In this document: piece after piece, positions 46,827-55,944 of the stretch | How positions within the stretch are numbered: position 1 is the first letter of the stretch | Layout: each line of letters opens with the position of its first letter | Source: Candidatus Parcubacteria bacterium | Lineage (GTDB): Bacteria > Patescibacteriota > Minisyncoccia > Phycocordibacterales > JAACPR01 | NCBI GenBank assembly: GCA_041158505.1 | Contig: JBEBBG010000015.1 | Span: 12,642 to 76,641, forward strand | Reading direction: 5' to 3' | DNA: 64,000 bases | Position numbers and translations under genes: made by a program | Notes under the pieces: model-generated | Told to the model about the DNA's origin: nothing | Seen by the model: only the letters and a program-made list of their open reading frames with translations | Database searches by the model: none

Positions 46827-47567
46827 CTAGGCCTTTACAAAGGTAACGCCGTACGACTCGGTAAAGAATTGAGTGATTGGATTGAATGGCATTGTTCTAA
46901 ACAGCGCGCATGCAAGCTTGTCTGCTGTGGCAGATTTAAGGAGTGGAACACTACAGGTCACCGCATGTGCCCGTACATTTATAAAACCGGCATCGCGTAG
47001 TGCTTGCACAAATACCTTTGGTTGGATTTGGTTTTGGTGAAGCTTTGAAGGCGTGTAACCGCGCAATTTGTGTTCAATTGTTTTTGGTGTTTTGGTAATA
47101 ACACAACCAGTGCCGTGTTTGCGGAGTGCGCGGTATATTTTTTCTGCCGTTGCTTTTGGATTTCCGATGTATTCAACTGCTCGGCTCGAAAAGAAGCAGT
47201 CTGCTTCTTCATCTGCGATTGGTGCGCTCAAAAATTCTCCTTCTCGCGTTTCGACGAGCGCTTCGGTCGGAAGGGCACTTGTTGCTTTGCGTAACATTTC
47301 TGCAGCAATATCAGTCAGGATAAAGCGTGCTCGCGGATTTGCGGTGTAGAGTATGCTTGTCCAGGTGCCTGGTCCCGGTCCAAGCTCGAGTATTGTCTGT
47401 GCTCGGGCGACACGTGGCAGTGCGTACTGCTCAATAAAACGTTTTGTATCTGCATACTGCTGCTTCGTGCGTGCGTGTTGCATCCACCGACGATTTTCGT
47501 AGGTTCCCGCATCGGCATCTTGTGCAACACGGTTGAAATGCTCCTTTGTCGATTCTAACTCCCCCAT
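46827..47567 (-). CDS. Class I SAM-dependent methyltransferase
   Basis: ILELGPGPGTWT, DIAAEML, FSSRAVEY. Confidence 0.85.
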   Translation of the reverse strand: MGELESTKEHFNRVAQDADAGTYENRRWMQHARTKQQYADTKRFIEQYALPRVARAQTILELGPGPGTWTSILYTANPRARFILTDIAAEMLRKATSALPTEALVETREGEFLSAPIADEEADCFFSSRAVEYIGNPKATAEKIYRALRKHGTGCVITKTPKTIEHKLRGYTPSKLHQNQIQPKVFVQALRDAGFINVRAHAVTCSVPLLKSATADKLACALFRTMPFNPITQFFTESYGVTFVKA

Positions 47568-47588
47568 AGTGTCTGTATCTGTTACGTA

Positions 47589-47957
47589 TTACCGGTCGTT
47601 TATGTGTGCAACACAGGTTCGTGCTGCTGGGTTTGCTTCTAGCCGTTCGTGCTCGATGGCGTCTCCGCTCACTTCACAGGTACCGTACGTGCCCTGTTCA
47701 ATTTTTGCCAATGCATCTCGTACATCAATAAGTTGCGCCTCAAGTTGCTTTAGTACTGCCGCATTTGTTTCGTATGCTTCAATTGTATCTGCGAAATCAT
47801 TAAGATCTGTTGAGCGATCTTGCGTGTCGGTTGGCACTGCTTCCCAATCGTTTGGATTATCTGGGTTAATACGGCCAATAGTTTGAAGCTCCCCGAGTAG
47901 CTTCTGCTCCTCTGCCTCAAGGCGGCTCTTAAATGATGCGAGTGTTGCTGTATCCAT
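47589..47957 (-). CDS. TraR/DksA-family protein (two-Cys variant)
   Basis: Coiled coil with DLNDFA tip; AL.KI..GTYG.CEVSG..I..ERLEA.P.AR.C..H. Confidence 0.88.
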   Translation of the reverse strand: MDTATLASFKSRLEAEEQKLLGELQTIGRINPDNPNDWEAVPTDTQDRSTDLNDFADTIEAYETNAAVLKQLEAQLIDVRDALAKIEQGTYGTCEVSGDAIEHERLEANPAARTCVAHINDR

Positions 47958-47976
47958 GTCTGCAGTATAGCAGATA

Positions 47977-49008
47977 CTACAGCACAAGTTTAGCGCTTCG
48001 TAGTCGCTTCTTTACCTCCTGTAGTGTTTGTGGTTTGGTGCCAAAATATACGTACTCCTCATCAATAAAGGTGTAGAAGAAGATAACGTTGCCAGTACTG
48101 TCTTTAATGACTCGAGCATCACTATTTGCAATGACCTGATCAGAAAAGAGGCCTGCGGTAGTGCGCTGTGGAAGCGTTGGGGTCGCCTCTGTAGATGATG
48201 TGCTACTGGTTTCCTGTGTGTTGATTACCGTTGGTTGTGGCTGGTTAATTGGCTTGAGAACTGGAAAGAGGGGCTCGAGGTCTTTTGCCATATTTGCCTC
48301 CCAGTTAAAAAGCGTTGCAAAGACGGTATCGAAGGTGTTGATTTTAAACATCAAGAAAGTCTCGTTGGCAGCAGTTGCGTGCACTCCGAGGAAAAAGATG
48401 TCATCAATAGCCCGCCCAAATGAGCTGTCGATTCGAGCACGAACCAGCGCGAGCAATGCTTCACTTGTGTATGGAACTCCAACAATTGTTTGCACATTTC
48501 CTCCTGCGCTGCCGACCTCCTCTCGTATAATGCTTATTTGCTGAATAGATCCGCGCGGCATTGGACTCTTGAGTACTTGGTCAAGCTTAATGAGCGTATT
48601 TTGTGAGAGTTGTGCCGCAGCAACATCAATCACACCATCAGCTGGAAAGAATCGCTCCGCAGCTTGTGATTTTGGAGGTGGTGTATTTCCGTCATCTCGA
48701 GACAGGAAGGCAAACCCAAGGGTGAGTAATCCGAGGGTAAGGAGTACACCGGCTCCAGCAAGGAGAAACTTGTTCTTTGGTGTCTTAAGAGAGGTTTGTG
48801 CCTCTTCGTGCTGTGCGACGTCGCGCCGGCGTTCTTCTGCCATGAGCATTGAAGCTGTTGATACACTCTGTGATCGAATCGCTTCTTTTACCGCGTCTTG
48901 GTATGTAGTAACGCGACTAAGTACCACTTCTCCATCACTGTCTGGTGGAAGATCTGGCACGGTGTTTATTGGCGCGTCTGGTTGTGGTGTCGGTACAGGT
49001 TCTGTCAT
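47977..49008 (-). CDS. Single-pass membrane hypothetical protein
   Basis: 343 aa, TYQD.V motif, one TM, LFNWE..M..DL and F.D.VI.N.D.R patterns. Confidence 0.75.
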   Translation of the reverse strand: MTEPVPTPQPDAPINTVPDLPPDSDGEVVLSRVTTYQDAVKEAIRSQSVSTASMLMAEERRRDVAQHEEAQTSLKTPKNKFLLAGAGVLLTLGLLTLGFAFLSRDDGNTPPPKSQAAERFFPADGVIDVAAAQLSQNTLIKLDQVLKSPMPRGSIQQISIIREEVGSAGGNVQTIVGVPYTSEALLALVRARIDSSFGRAIDDIFFLGVHATAANETFLMFKINTFDTVFATLFNWEANMAKDLEPLFPVLKPINQPQPTVINTQETSSTSSTEATPTLPQRTTAGLFSDQVIANSDARVIKDSTGNVIFFYTFIDEEYVYFGTKPQTLQEVKKRLRSAKLVL

Positions 49009-49028
49009 ACCGACATTGTAGCAGAAAG

Positions 49029-49568
49029 TTACTTGTTGCTACGTCGAATTACCCGCAATCGGTCAAAGATGAGATGTTGCTTTGGGTCTTCGCCAAGGTC
49101 TATAAAGTCATCTGCTGCTTCAATGAGTTTGCTCGAGGTTGATTTCCCGAATGCAACTACTTCAACCTGACACCCGTGCGCAAGCTGTAAGTGCTCAACG
49201 AGCGGTACAAAATCACCGTCTCCTGAAACAAGAATGACGCTATCAAGCTTGGTTGCCATTGAAACAGCATCAATCGCAATACCAACGTCCCAGTCTGCCT
49301 TTTTTGCTCCACCTGCAAAAACTTGCAAGTCCTTTGTGCGTGTTTCAATCCCCGACTTAACGAGCGCTTCAAAAAAGCTGGTTTCATCACCTGCTTCTGA
49401 ACTAATAACGTATGCGATACAACGGACGAGCTGACGACCAGCAAGTGCGGTCTGTACTACCTTTCCAAAATTTACCTTTGCGTGATGTAGGTTCTTGGCG
49501 CTGTGGTACAGGTTTTGTGTGTCGATAAAAATACCGACGCGTTGATCTTTATGTTTAATGACTGACAT
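49029..49568 (-). CDS. NYN-domain (LabA/DUF88) protein
   Basis: IFIDTQNLY, KKADWDVGIAID, LVSGDGDFVPLV, G..VEV, L...AD.F. Confidence 0.92.
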   Translation of the reverse strand: MSVIKHKDQRVGIFIDTQNLYHSAKNLHHAKVNFGKVVQTALAGRQLVRCIAYVISSEAGDETSFFEALVKSGIETRTKDLQVFAGGAKKADWDVGIAIDAVSMATKLDSVILVSGDGDFVPLVEHLQLAHGCQVEVVAFGKSTSSKLIEAADDFIDLGEDPKQHLIFDRLRVIRRSNK

Positions 49569-49639
49569 ATAAATAATTGGTTAGTGCCACATCTGTGTGT
49601 GGTTCGTATAAAAACATCTTTATGCTAGCACGAAACGAA

Positions 49640-49670
49640 AAGGCCGCGGGGGCGCTGCCCCCGCGGCCTT
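49640..49670 (-). terminator. Intrinsic terminator of rpsO
   Basis: 14-bp stem AAGGCCGCGGGGGC-GCT-GCCCCCGCGGCCTT. Confidence 0.8.
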
Positions 49671-49681
49671 CCCTCTCATAA

Positions 49682-49954
49682 TTACATTCGGCTTTTCAAA
49701 CCAAGTTTCTTGATGAGCTTCTTGTATCGGTCAGGATTTTTTCGCTCCAAGTAGTTGAGGTGCGCCTGTCGATCAGAAACCATGCCAAGCAAACCACGGC
49801 GTGAGTGATTATCCTTTGGATTTTTCTTCAAATGCTTTGCAAGTTCATCAATCTTCTTGGTGAGGATTGCTGCCTGCGCATCTGCAGAACCAGTGTCAGT
49901 ATCGTGAACACGGGTTTCCTTAATCACATTCTCTTTCTGTCGCTTCGTTAGCAT
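49682..49954 (-). CDS. rpsO: 30S ribosomal protein S15
   Basis: HDTDTGS..Q.A.LT..I..L..HL..NPKD.HSRRGLL.MV. Confidence 0.97.
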   Translation of the reverse strand: MLTKRQKENVIKETRVHDTDTGSADAQAAILTKKIDELAKHLKKNPKDNHSRRGLLGMVSDRQAHLNYLERKNPDRYKKLIKKLGLKSRM

Positions 49955-50072
49955 GGGGCTATTATAACACGCCCGATAGAAAATGCAAGCCATCTCAACC
50001 TTATTTTACTTGCCGTATAAAGAAAATCTTGGGGGTCCGGGGGCCACCAAGAAGGGCAGAAAACGTCTCCGA

Positions 50073-50996
50073 TCACGTTGCGGGGCAGAGCTTCAGTAGT
50101 CGAACTGAGATCAGCTTGTAGCTGAGAACACCCAGTCCGGCACCAATCAAGCCACCGCTAAGGATAAGCAGGACATAGCCCGCTGTTGTCGTGCCGTTTC
50201 CGCCGAGCCAGAAGGCAATGAGACCACCAATTGTGCCGTCGAGAGCGCAGAGTACCCGCTCGCGGCAGTGGATCTGCTTGAAAAGGTACCAGGTGAACCG
50301 GAAAAGTCCGACTCCGAGCACTCTGGGGAAATCCCAGAAGATAGCACGTGGTGTTCTGTAGAGCACGATCAATGCCCCGTACACCATCCACCGGTAGGCG
50401 TTTCCGTAGCCAAGCTTCTCTTCGGAGTAGCCCTCTTTGAGCAGCTGCTCCCGATGTTGCAGTTCTTGCCAATCCGGGGGCGATCCGTCTTCTATGCCGT
50501 ACAGTCTTGCGGGAGGCCACCAGTATTTTTTCTGATGATTGCTACCAATCCACGCCAAAACAACAAATGGTAGCGACAGGACTCCAGTTAGGATCACGAA
50601 GATGCAGAATGCTTTTGCCGCCTGTATCTTCTGAGAGATACCTTCTTCTGCAAGTCCTAGAAACTGAGTAAACATGTTGTTTACCACTTCAAGAACCGCG
50701 AGTGCAAGTACTGCACCTGCGTACATGAAGGGATGTTTCCGGCAGAAGTAGCGGACCACACCCCTGAAGAATACGACAATGCTGTTGATCACGGCCATGG
50801 GAGCTCGTATGCCCGCAAAATGGAGCGCACGCGGAACGATTGTGAGTGCCTGACGGCTCTCGTAACCGAAGTACCCGCCAGCGATGCCGGCGAGGGTGGC
50901 GAGCCACAGGAACTGTGGTGCGACAGAGGCTGCAACAGCAGCGCACAGGGCGCCGCCGATGAAGCATGCAAGGGTGATCTGATAGATCGTTTTCAT
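50073..50996 (-). CDS. Polytopic membrane hypothetical protein (GC-rich ORFan)
   Basis: 307 aa with many TMs; own TTGACA-17-TAATTT promoter on the minus strand near 51036-51064. Confidence 0.7.
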   Translation of the reverse strand: MKTIYQITLACFIGGALCAAVAASVAPQFLWLATLAGIAGGYFGYESRQALTIVPRALHFAGIRAPMAVINSIVVFFRGVVRYFCRKHPFMYAGAVLALAVLEVVNNMFTQFLGLAEEGISQKIQAAKAFCIFVILTGVLSLPFVVLAWIGSNHQKKYWWPPARLYGIEDGSPPDWQELQHREQLLKEGYSEEKLGYGNAYRWMVYGALIVLYRTPRAIFWDFPRVLGVGLFRFTWYLFKQIHCRERVLCALDGTIGGLIAFWLGGNGTTTAGYVLLILSGGLIGAGLGVLSYKLISVRLLKLCPAT

Positions 50997-51119
50997 TGAT
51001 TTTGTAGGGTGTGGTGAACGGTTGGGTTCGTTTTTAAATTACAGTAAAATAATGATTTTGTCAATTAATTTCGATGTGAGATTTAGGACTGTCTCTGTGC
51101 TATAATATTGTGCGACACT

Positions 51120-52046
51120 ATGGCAGCCAATCAAATTCAGGATTTAAAGCAGCAATTTCTTGAGTATATTGAAATTGAGCGTGGTCGCAGCCTCAAAACC
51201 GTTGAAAACTACGACCGGTACCTAACCCGCTTCCTTGGTCACATAAAAGCAACAAAACCTGCCGATATTACCGAGCAGGCCGTCAGGGAGTTCCGTTTGT
51301 GGCTCAACCGCCAGCCGGGCACAAAGGACACCATGAAGCGTCGGACCCAAAACTACTACCTCATTGCATTGCGCTCATTCCTTAAATTCTTGGCGAAACG
51401 CGGTGTTACCTCCCTGCCACCAGAGCGCATTGAGCTTGCAAAGACAGAAGCGCGCGAGCTCGACCTGATTTCAACAGATGAGCTGCTCAGGCTTTTGAAC
51501 GCTCCAGACACCACCACTCTTCGCGGCCTTCGCGATAAGGCGATGCTTGAACTTTTCTTTTCTACTGGTCTTCGTGTCTCGGAACTTGCGTCACTCCCCC
51601 GAGATCTTGATATTGAGCGTGATGAATTCTCGATTCGCGGTAAGGGAGACAAGGTTCGCGTGGTGTTTGTGTCTGATGAAGCACGACAAGCGGTGAAGGC
51701 GTACCTCGCAAAGCGTGATGATATGGACGATGCGCTGTTTGCACAGGTGCCAAGTAAGGCGGGTAAAAATGTGCTCGCAAAGCGCGGTTCACTTCGCATC
51801 ACACCACGTTCAATTGAGCGTATTGTGCGCCACTACGCCACGAAGTCCGGTATTTCAAAGAAGGTAACGCCACACGTTATTCGGCACAGCTTTGCAACAG
51901 ACCTGCTCTCAAATGGTGCTGATTTGCGTTCAGTGCAAGCGCTCCTTGGTCATGCAAATATCACAACTACGCAAGTCTACACACACGTTACTGACAAGCA
52001 TTTGCGCGACATTCACAAGAATTTCCACGGCAAGCGCCGCAAATAG
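51120..52046 (+). CDS. Xer-family tyrosine recombinase (XerC/D-like)
   Basis: SAM-like N-terminal domain; RDKAMLE...TGLRVSEL, GKG.K.R, TPH.IRHSFAT.LL..GADLR.VQ.LLGH..I.TTQ.YTHV. Confidence 0.93.
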   Translation: MAANQIQDLKQQFLEYIEIERGRSLKTVENYDRYLTRFLGHIKATKPADITEQAVREFRLWLNRQPGTKDTMKRRTQNYYLIALRSFLKFLAKRGVTSLPPERIELAKTEARELDLISTDELLRLLNAPDTTTLRGLRDKAMLELFFSTGLRVSELASLPRDLDIERDEFSIRGKGDKVRVVFVSDEARQAVKAYLAKRDDMDDALFAQVPSKAGKNVLAKRGSLRITPRSIERIVRHYATKSGISKKVTPHVIRHSFATDLLSNGADLRSVQALLGHANITTTQVYTHVTDKHLRDIHKNFHGKRRK

Positions 52047-52066
52047 TTGTTAAAAGTAAAAGTGAG

Positions 52067-52103
52067 AACGCCGCCGACCTTGGAAGGGTCGGCGGCGTTT
52101 TTA
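52067..52103. terminator. Terminator between the xer gene and the convergent ORFan
   Basis: AACGCCGCCGACC...GGTCGGCGGCGTT stem followed by a T run. Confidence 0.75.
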
Positions 52104-52132
52104 AAGCTTGTCAGGGCGGGTTTTGGGGTTTT

Positions 52133-52651
52133 TCAGCTGCCGAGGGCAACTTGCTTTCCGTCTGGTGCAGATTCCTTGGCTTCTTTGATAGAGCTAAGTG
52201 ATCCATCCATAAGGGCGGCGAGTCGTCCTCGCGGTCTCGTCCGGTATTGCTCCAAGACGTTGATGGGGGCGCTGGTTGGCCTATCACTTTCGCTTTTTGG
52301 CTTGAGTGCTTCGCGCTTCCCCCTCATTTCTGCTGGCGTCACGGAGTCTCCTTTACAGGCGACACAGACCAGAATCGTCAGAGGCGATTCCATGTCGATG
52401 TGCCCAATGAAGGCTCCGTTTGTACTGAATGCCCGATCGGTGAGCATTTTTTTCATCTGCTCGAAACTTCCGTCGTTGCCGAACGTCAGTCTCAGACATT
52501 GGCACTTCCGAGAGCTCGGGTCTCTCTTCTGTGCTGAGTTGATGGTAGCGATTGCTGCGACGATTTTCGCCGTAGCTGTTTCCACCGTTTCGGTCTGAAT
52601 TTCGTGTTGTGCGGGTGCCCCATTGGGGGCGGGATCGTCAGTCAATTTCAT
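52133..52651 (-). CDS. Hypothetical protein (ORFan with CxC and CxxC)
   Basis: GGAGG 8 nt before ATG 52651; fills the xer-xth gap. Confidence 0.55.
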   Translation of the reverse strand: MKLTDDPAPNGAPAQHEIQTETVETATAKIVAAIATINSAQKRDPSSRKCQCLRLTFGNDGSFEQMKKMLTDRAFSTNGAFIGHIDMESPLTILVCVACKGDSVTPAEMRGKREALKPKSESDRPTSAPINVLEQYRTRPRGRLAALMDGSLSSIKEAKESAPDGKQVALGS

Positions 52652-52769
52652 TTTCTTTCCTCCAATTCAATTACGTTGTGCCCTGACAAAGAGCTCTCGA
52701 AGCTACTGTACCCGTTGGGCTTTAAAAAAGCAAGAAAGCGTGGTGGAGTTTTGTGCTATGCTATCTGCC

Positions 52770-53537
52770 ATGAAGCTTATCTCATGGAACGTGAACGGCA
52801 TTCGAGCATGGTCAAAAAAAGAGCAGACGCTCGATTGGGTGCTACGCCAAAAACCAGACTTCTTTTGTCTTCAGGAAACAAAAGCAGAACCATCACAACT
52901 TGCTCAGCACATAACGGAGATTCCCGGCTACACCGCCTTCTTTGAGTACTCAAAAGAGCGAAAGGGGTACAGCGGTGTCGCAATCTACACAAAACATGAG
53001 CCTGATCGCGTCGATGAGGGCCTTGGGGTACCACGTCTTGATACGCAAGGGCGCTTCCTTGCACTCTTTTTTGATAAGCTGGTGGTTATCAACTGCTACT
53101 TCCCCAACGGCGGTATGGGTGGTGATGCGTTCACGTATAAGCTCGATTACTACGAAGCCTTCCTGAAGTACATCACAAAGCTTAAAAAGGCCGGCTACAG
53201 CATTATTTTTGCTGGAGATGTGAATGTGGCGCACCACGAGATAGATATCGCACGTCCGAAGGAAAACAAAGATAGCATCGGCTTCTTGCCCGTTGAGCGA
53301 GATTGGCTCACGTGTGTCGAACAGGCTGGGTTTGTGGATACGTGGCGTAGCAAGCATCCTGAAACGGTTCGGTATAGTTGGTGGGACATGAAGACGCGCG
53401 CACGCGAACGAAACGTTGGGTGGCGCATTGATTATATCTTTGTGTCAGACGATTTGGTGCCGAGTATTAAGAAGGTTGATATACACAATGACGTGTATGG
53501 CAGCGATCACTGCCCTGTCTCGCTTGAGATGAAGTAA
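52770..53537 (+). CDS. xth: Exodeoxyribonuclease III / AP endonuclease
   Basis: SWNVNGIRA, CLQETK, GYSGVA, YFPNG, GDVNVAH, YSWW, GWRIDY, GSDHCPV. Confidence 0.96.
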   Translation: MKLISWNVNGIRAWSKKEQTLDWVLRQKPDFFCLQETKAEPSQLAQHITEIPGYTAFFEYSKERKGYSGVAIYTKHEPDRVDEGLGVPRLDTQGRFLALFFDKLVVINCYFPNGGMGGDAFTYKLDYYEAFLKYITKLKKAGYSIIFAGDVNVAHHEIDIARPKENKDSIGFLPVERDWLTCVEQAGFVDTWRSKHPETVRYSWWDMKTRARERNVGWRIDYIFVSDDLVPSIKKVDIHNDVYGSDHCPVSLEMK

Positions 53538-53556
53538 ATGTAAGAGTACTTCTCAA

Positions 53557-55797
53557 TTATTTACCGAGCAGCTGGTTCATGAGCGACATGGTCTTTGGAC
53601 CAACCGCACCGACGTTTTCAAGTGCGTGCTCACGCTGGAATGCCTTCACTGCAGCGCGTGTAATGCTGCCGAAGTATCCGGTGATCTCTTCGTTAAAGAG
53701 TCCTGCTCGCTTGAGTGCTGCTTGTACACGTGACACGTCATCTCCTGCCGCACCCTGTGCAACGGTCTGCGTAATCTCACCTACTGGAACCGCGCTCGCG
53801 ATGGTGATTTTTTTTGTTTCAAATGCAGATTTATTAAATGCGATAGTGCTTGGGTATCCTGCTGCTCGGGCAATTTGTGTCGCATTCTTCACTTGAAGTG
53901 CCTCAAGCGTAATGCCATATTGTCCACCTTCACCTTGTCCTTCTGGATTAAGCTCTATCTGTACTGTGAACCGAACAGAGCCCCTTCCTGAATCAACCTT
54001 CCAATGCTCTGTTGGACTATGTTGTGCTGCTTGGACCTTGTTTACAGGTGTTCCGTCTGAATACGCTGCATCTACAATAAAACCGCTTTGTGTGCCCCAA
54101 AAAGCCCCATTCTTGCCATTAATGCTGTAGGAAATACCGTTTGCGGCAGATGTCCCGCCGTTCGGCAACACCTCACCAACACTATTTGGAATGTACAACG
54201 TTTCTGTTACATCAAGGTCAAACTCAATTGTGTAAACTCCTTTCTGATCATCGTTTCCCGTGGTTTCAATTTGAGTCGACATACTTACTGGTGTAATCAG
54301 TGCTAGGAGTGAATTCAAAAGCGGGTTAACTGTAAAGTAGTCAGAATGAGCACAAAGAGGTTTAAACGGAACTTCTGGGCTTGGTGTATTGTCATCACAC
54401 AATGTTATGCGGTACTGCCCTGCCTGTTGTGGTGCCAAAAGAGTTCCTCGCTCAGCCGCACGCTCAAAGGTTGACTGTCCAATGTTTCCATAATCAACCT
54501 TGATCCCTGTGGTAGATGGATACAAACTAGCAGTAATTTTATTCGGTACGTTAAGGCTTGTTCCCGTGAAGGTGAATGGGACATCACTTCCTGGTGTAAG
54601 CGTCGAACGGCCTCTGTATGTAACACTGAGAGCTTGAGCCTCGCGGCCTACAATGTTGACATTATCACTTCGATGGCCAAAAGGGCTTCGACAATAAAGA
54701 TGCGCAAGCGTGTACAAACCATCGTTTCGACCATCGATAGGCATTTGTGCGGTCACGGTTTTTGTCCCCGTAACCCCCACATTTTCTACTTCAATTTCAT
54801 TACCAGCATTATCATAAATGTATAACGTACAAGAAACGTCCGTTTCTCGCTGGCCTAGTGCAGATGCACTCCACATGAGCTCCACATTAGTCGCCTGACT
54901 AATTTTGTAGTTGTTTTCATCATCACCAGGTCGAAGGTTTACTTTGAATGTATCCTTTGAAAGGATTTCAAAGGGTTTATCACTTCGATCTGTCGCTCCT
55001 GTTTTTGTGTCTACAATTCTAATGTAGTAGCCACTTCCAGGTTCCGGCATTACTGCCTGGCCACCAACCTCAATGTCTCCGTACCATCGAATTGAACCTT
55101 TCTGTGACTCAATCACCTTGCCAATAGTTTGAAACGAACTACCACTTTTCTTTTCAAGGTACGCAACCATACCATCTCGGTGTGGCTCTGGTGTCCAGGT
55201 GATAATATTTTCACTACTAGACATCCATCGCTCACCACCATTTGGTGTAAGGAGCTTGAGTTTTGCTTGTGGGCCCGCGGGCGTGCTGGTTGGCGTTGTG
55301 CCATTACCACCGGTGCTGGTATTTCCTCCAGTGTTCGTTGTTGGCTCTGGCGCAGTAACCTTCGGCGCAACATATCGAAGTGTTGCTCGATCAGTCGCCT
55401 TTCGTCCGAGCTTGTCTGTTACCTGGTACACAAACCCAAGCACACATCCTTCTCGTGCCTTCGGAGCATCTCCAAGCTTGAAGTTTCCTGCAGCCGTTTT
55501 TCCCTGTCCCCATACTTGTCCATCCTTGATACCGCCACAGAGTGCTGGGTTGTTCACCTTAAGTGTGGTCTCAAAAGTTGCACCAGTTCCTGTACCTCGC
55601 CACACAATTGCAGGAACCGCTTCTCCTGTTGTTGCTGTGTGGTTCTGTTGTCCACCAATCGTGATTGATGCAGTTGGTGCCTTAACGACACCTGCACCAC
55701 CACGTTGTGCACTTGCTGCCGTTGGCGCAATTGTTGTGGTGATGAATGCTGTGAGGACGAGGAGGCTGATGAGTGAACGGGTGCTGATGGTTTGCAT
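53557..55797 (-). CDS. Large secreted surface protein with Ig-like modules and a C-terminal peptidoglycan-binding domain
   Basis: Signal peptide, P/T linker, TPNGGERW module, C-terminal G..GDDV..VQ..L......TGYFG..T..AV..FQ....L..VG.VGP.T. Confidence 0.85.
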   Translation of the reverse strand: MQTISTRSLISLLVLTAFITTTIAPTAASAQRGGAGVVKAPTASITIGGQQNHTATTGEAVPAIVWRGTGTGATFETTLKVNNPALCGGIKDGQVWGQGKTAAGNFKLGDAPKAREGCVLGFVYQVTDKLGRKATDRATLRYVAPKVTAPEPTTNTGGNTSTGGNGTTPTSTPAGPQAKLKLLTPNGGERWMSSSENIITWTPEPHRDGMVAYLEKKSGSSFQTIGKVIESQKGSIRWYGDIEVGGQAVMPEPGSGYYIRIVDTKTGATDRSDKPFEILSKDTFKVNLRPGDDENNYKISQATNVELMWSASALGQRETDVSCTLYIYDNAGNEIEVENVGVTGTKTVTAQMPIDGRNDGLYTLAHLYCRSPFGHRSDNVNIVGREAQALSVTYRGRSTLTPGSDVPFTFTGTSLNVPNKITASLYPSTTGIKVDYGNIGQSTFERAAERGTLLAPQQAGQYRITLCDDNTPSPEVPFKPLCAHSDYFTVNPLLNSLLALITPVSMSTQIETTGNDDQKGVYTIEFDLDVTETLYIPNSVGEVLPNGGTSAANGISYSINGKNGAFWGTQSGFIVDAAYSDGTPVNKVQAAQHSPTEHWKVDSGRGSVRFTVQIELNPEGQGEGGQYGITLEALQVKNATQIARAAGYPSTIAFNKSAFETKKITIASAVPVGEITQTVAQGAAGDDVSRVQAALKRAGLFNEEITGYFGSITRAAVKAFQREHALENVGAVGPKTMSLMNQLLGK

Positions 55798-55876
55798 GGT
55801 AAACGGAATGTGCTTTAGGGTAATGCATTTAGTGTAACAGGATTTGTAAACGTAAAGGACATTCAGCAAACACAAC

Positions 55877-55901
55877 TGTGGATAAAGGACAGTTATCCAC
55901 A
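55877..55901. promoter_or_regulatory. Inverted pair of perfect DnaA boxes
   Basis: TGTGGATAA-aggacag-TTATCCACA. Confidence 0.75.
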
Positions 55902-55944
55902 TGGTATGTCCTTTACACATTTTCAAACGAGCATACAATAGGAT

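Noticed and set aside
23881-52046. T4SS genes plus tyrosine recombinase as an integrative conjugative element
   Set aside because: They are separated by core genes (rsmA, pcrA, rpsO), no relaxase or att repeats were seen, and the recombinase looks like a housekeeping Xer.
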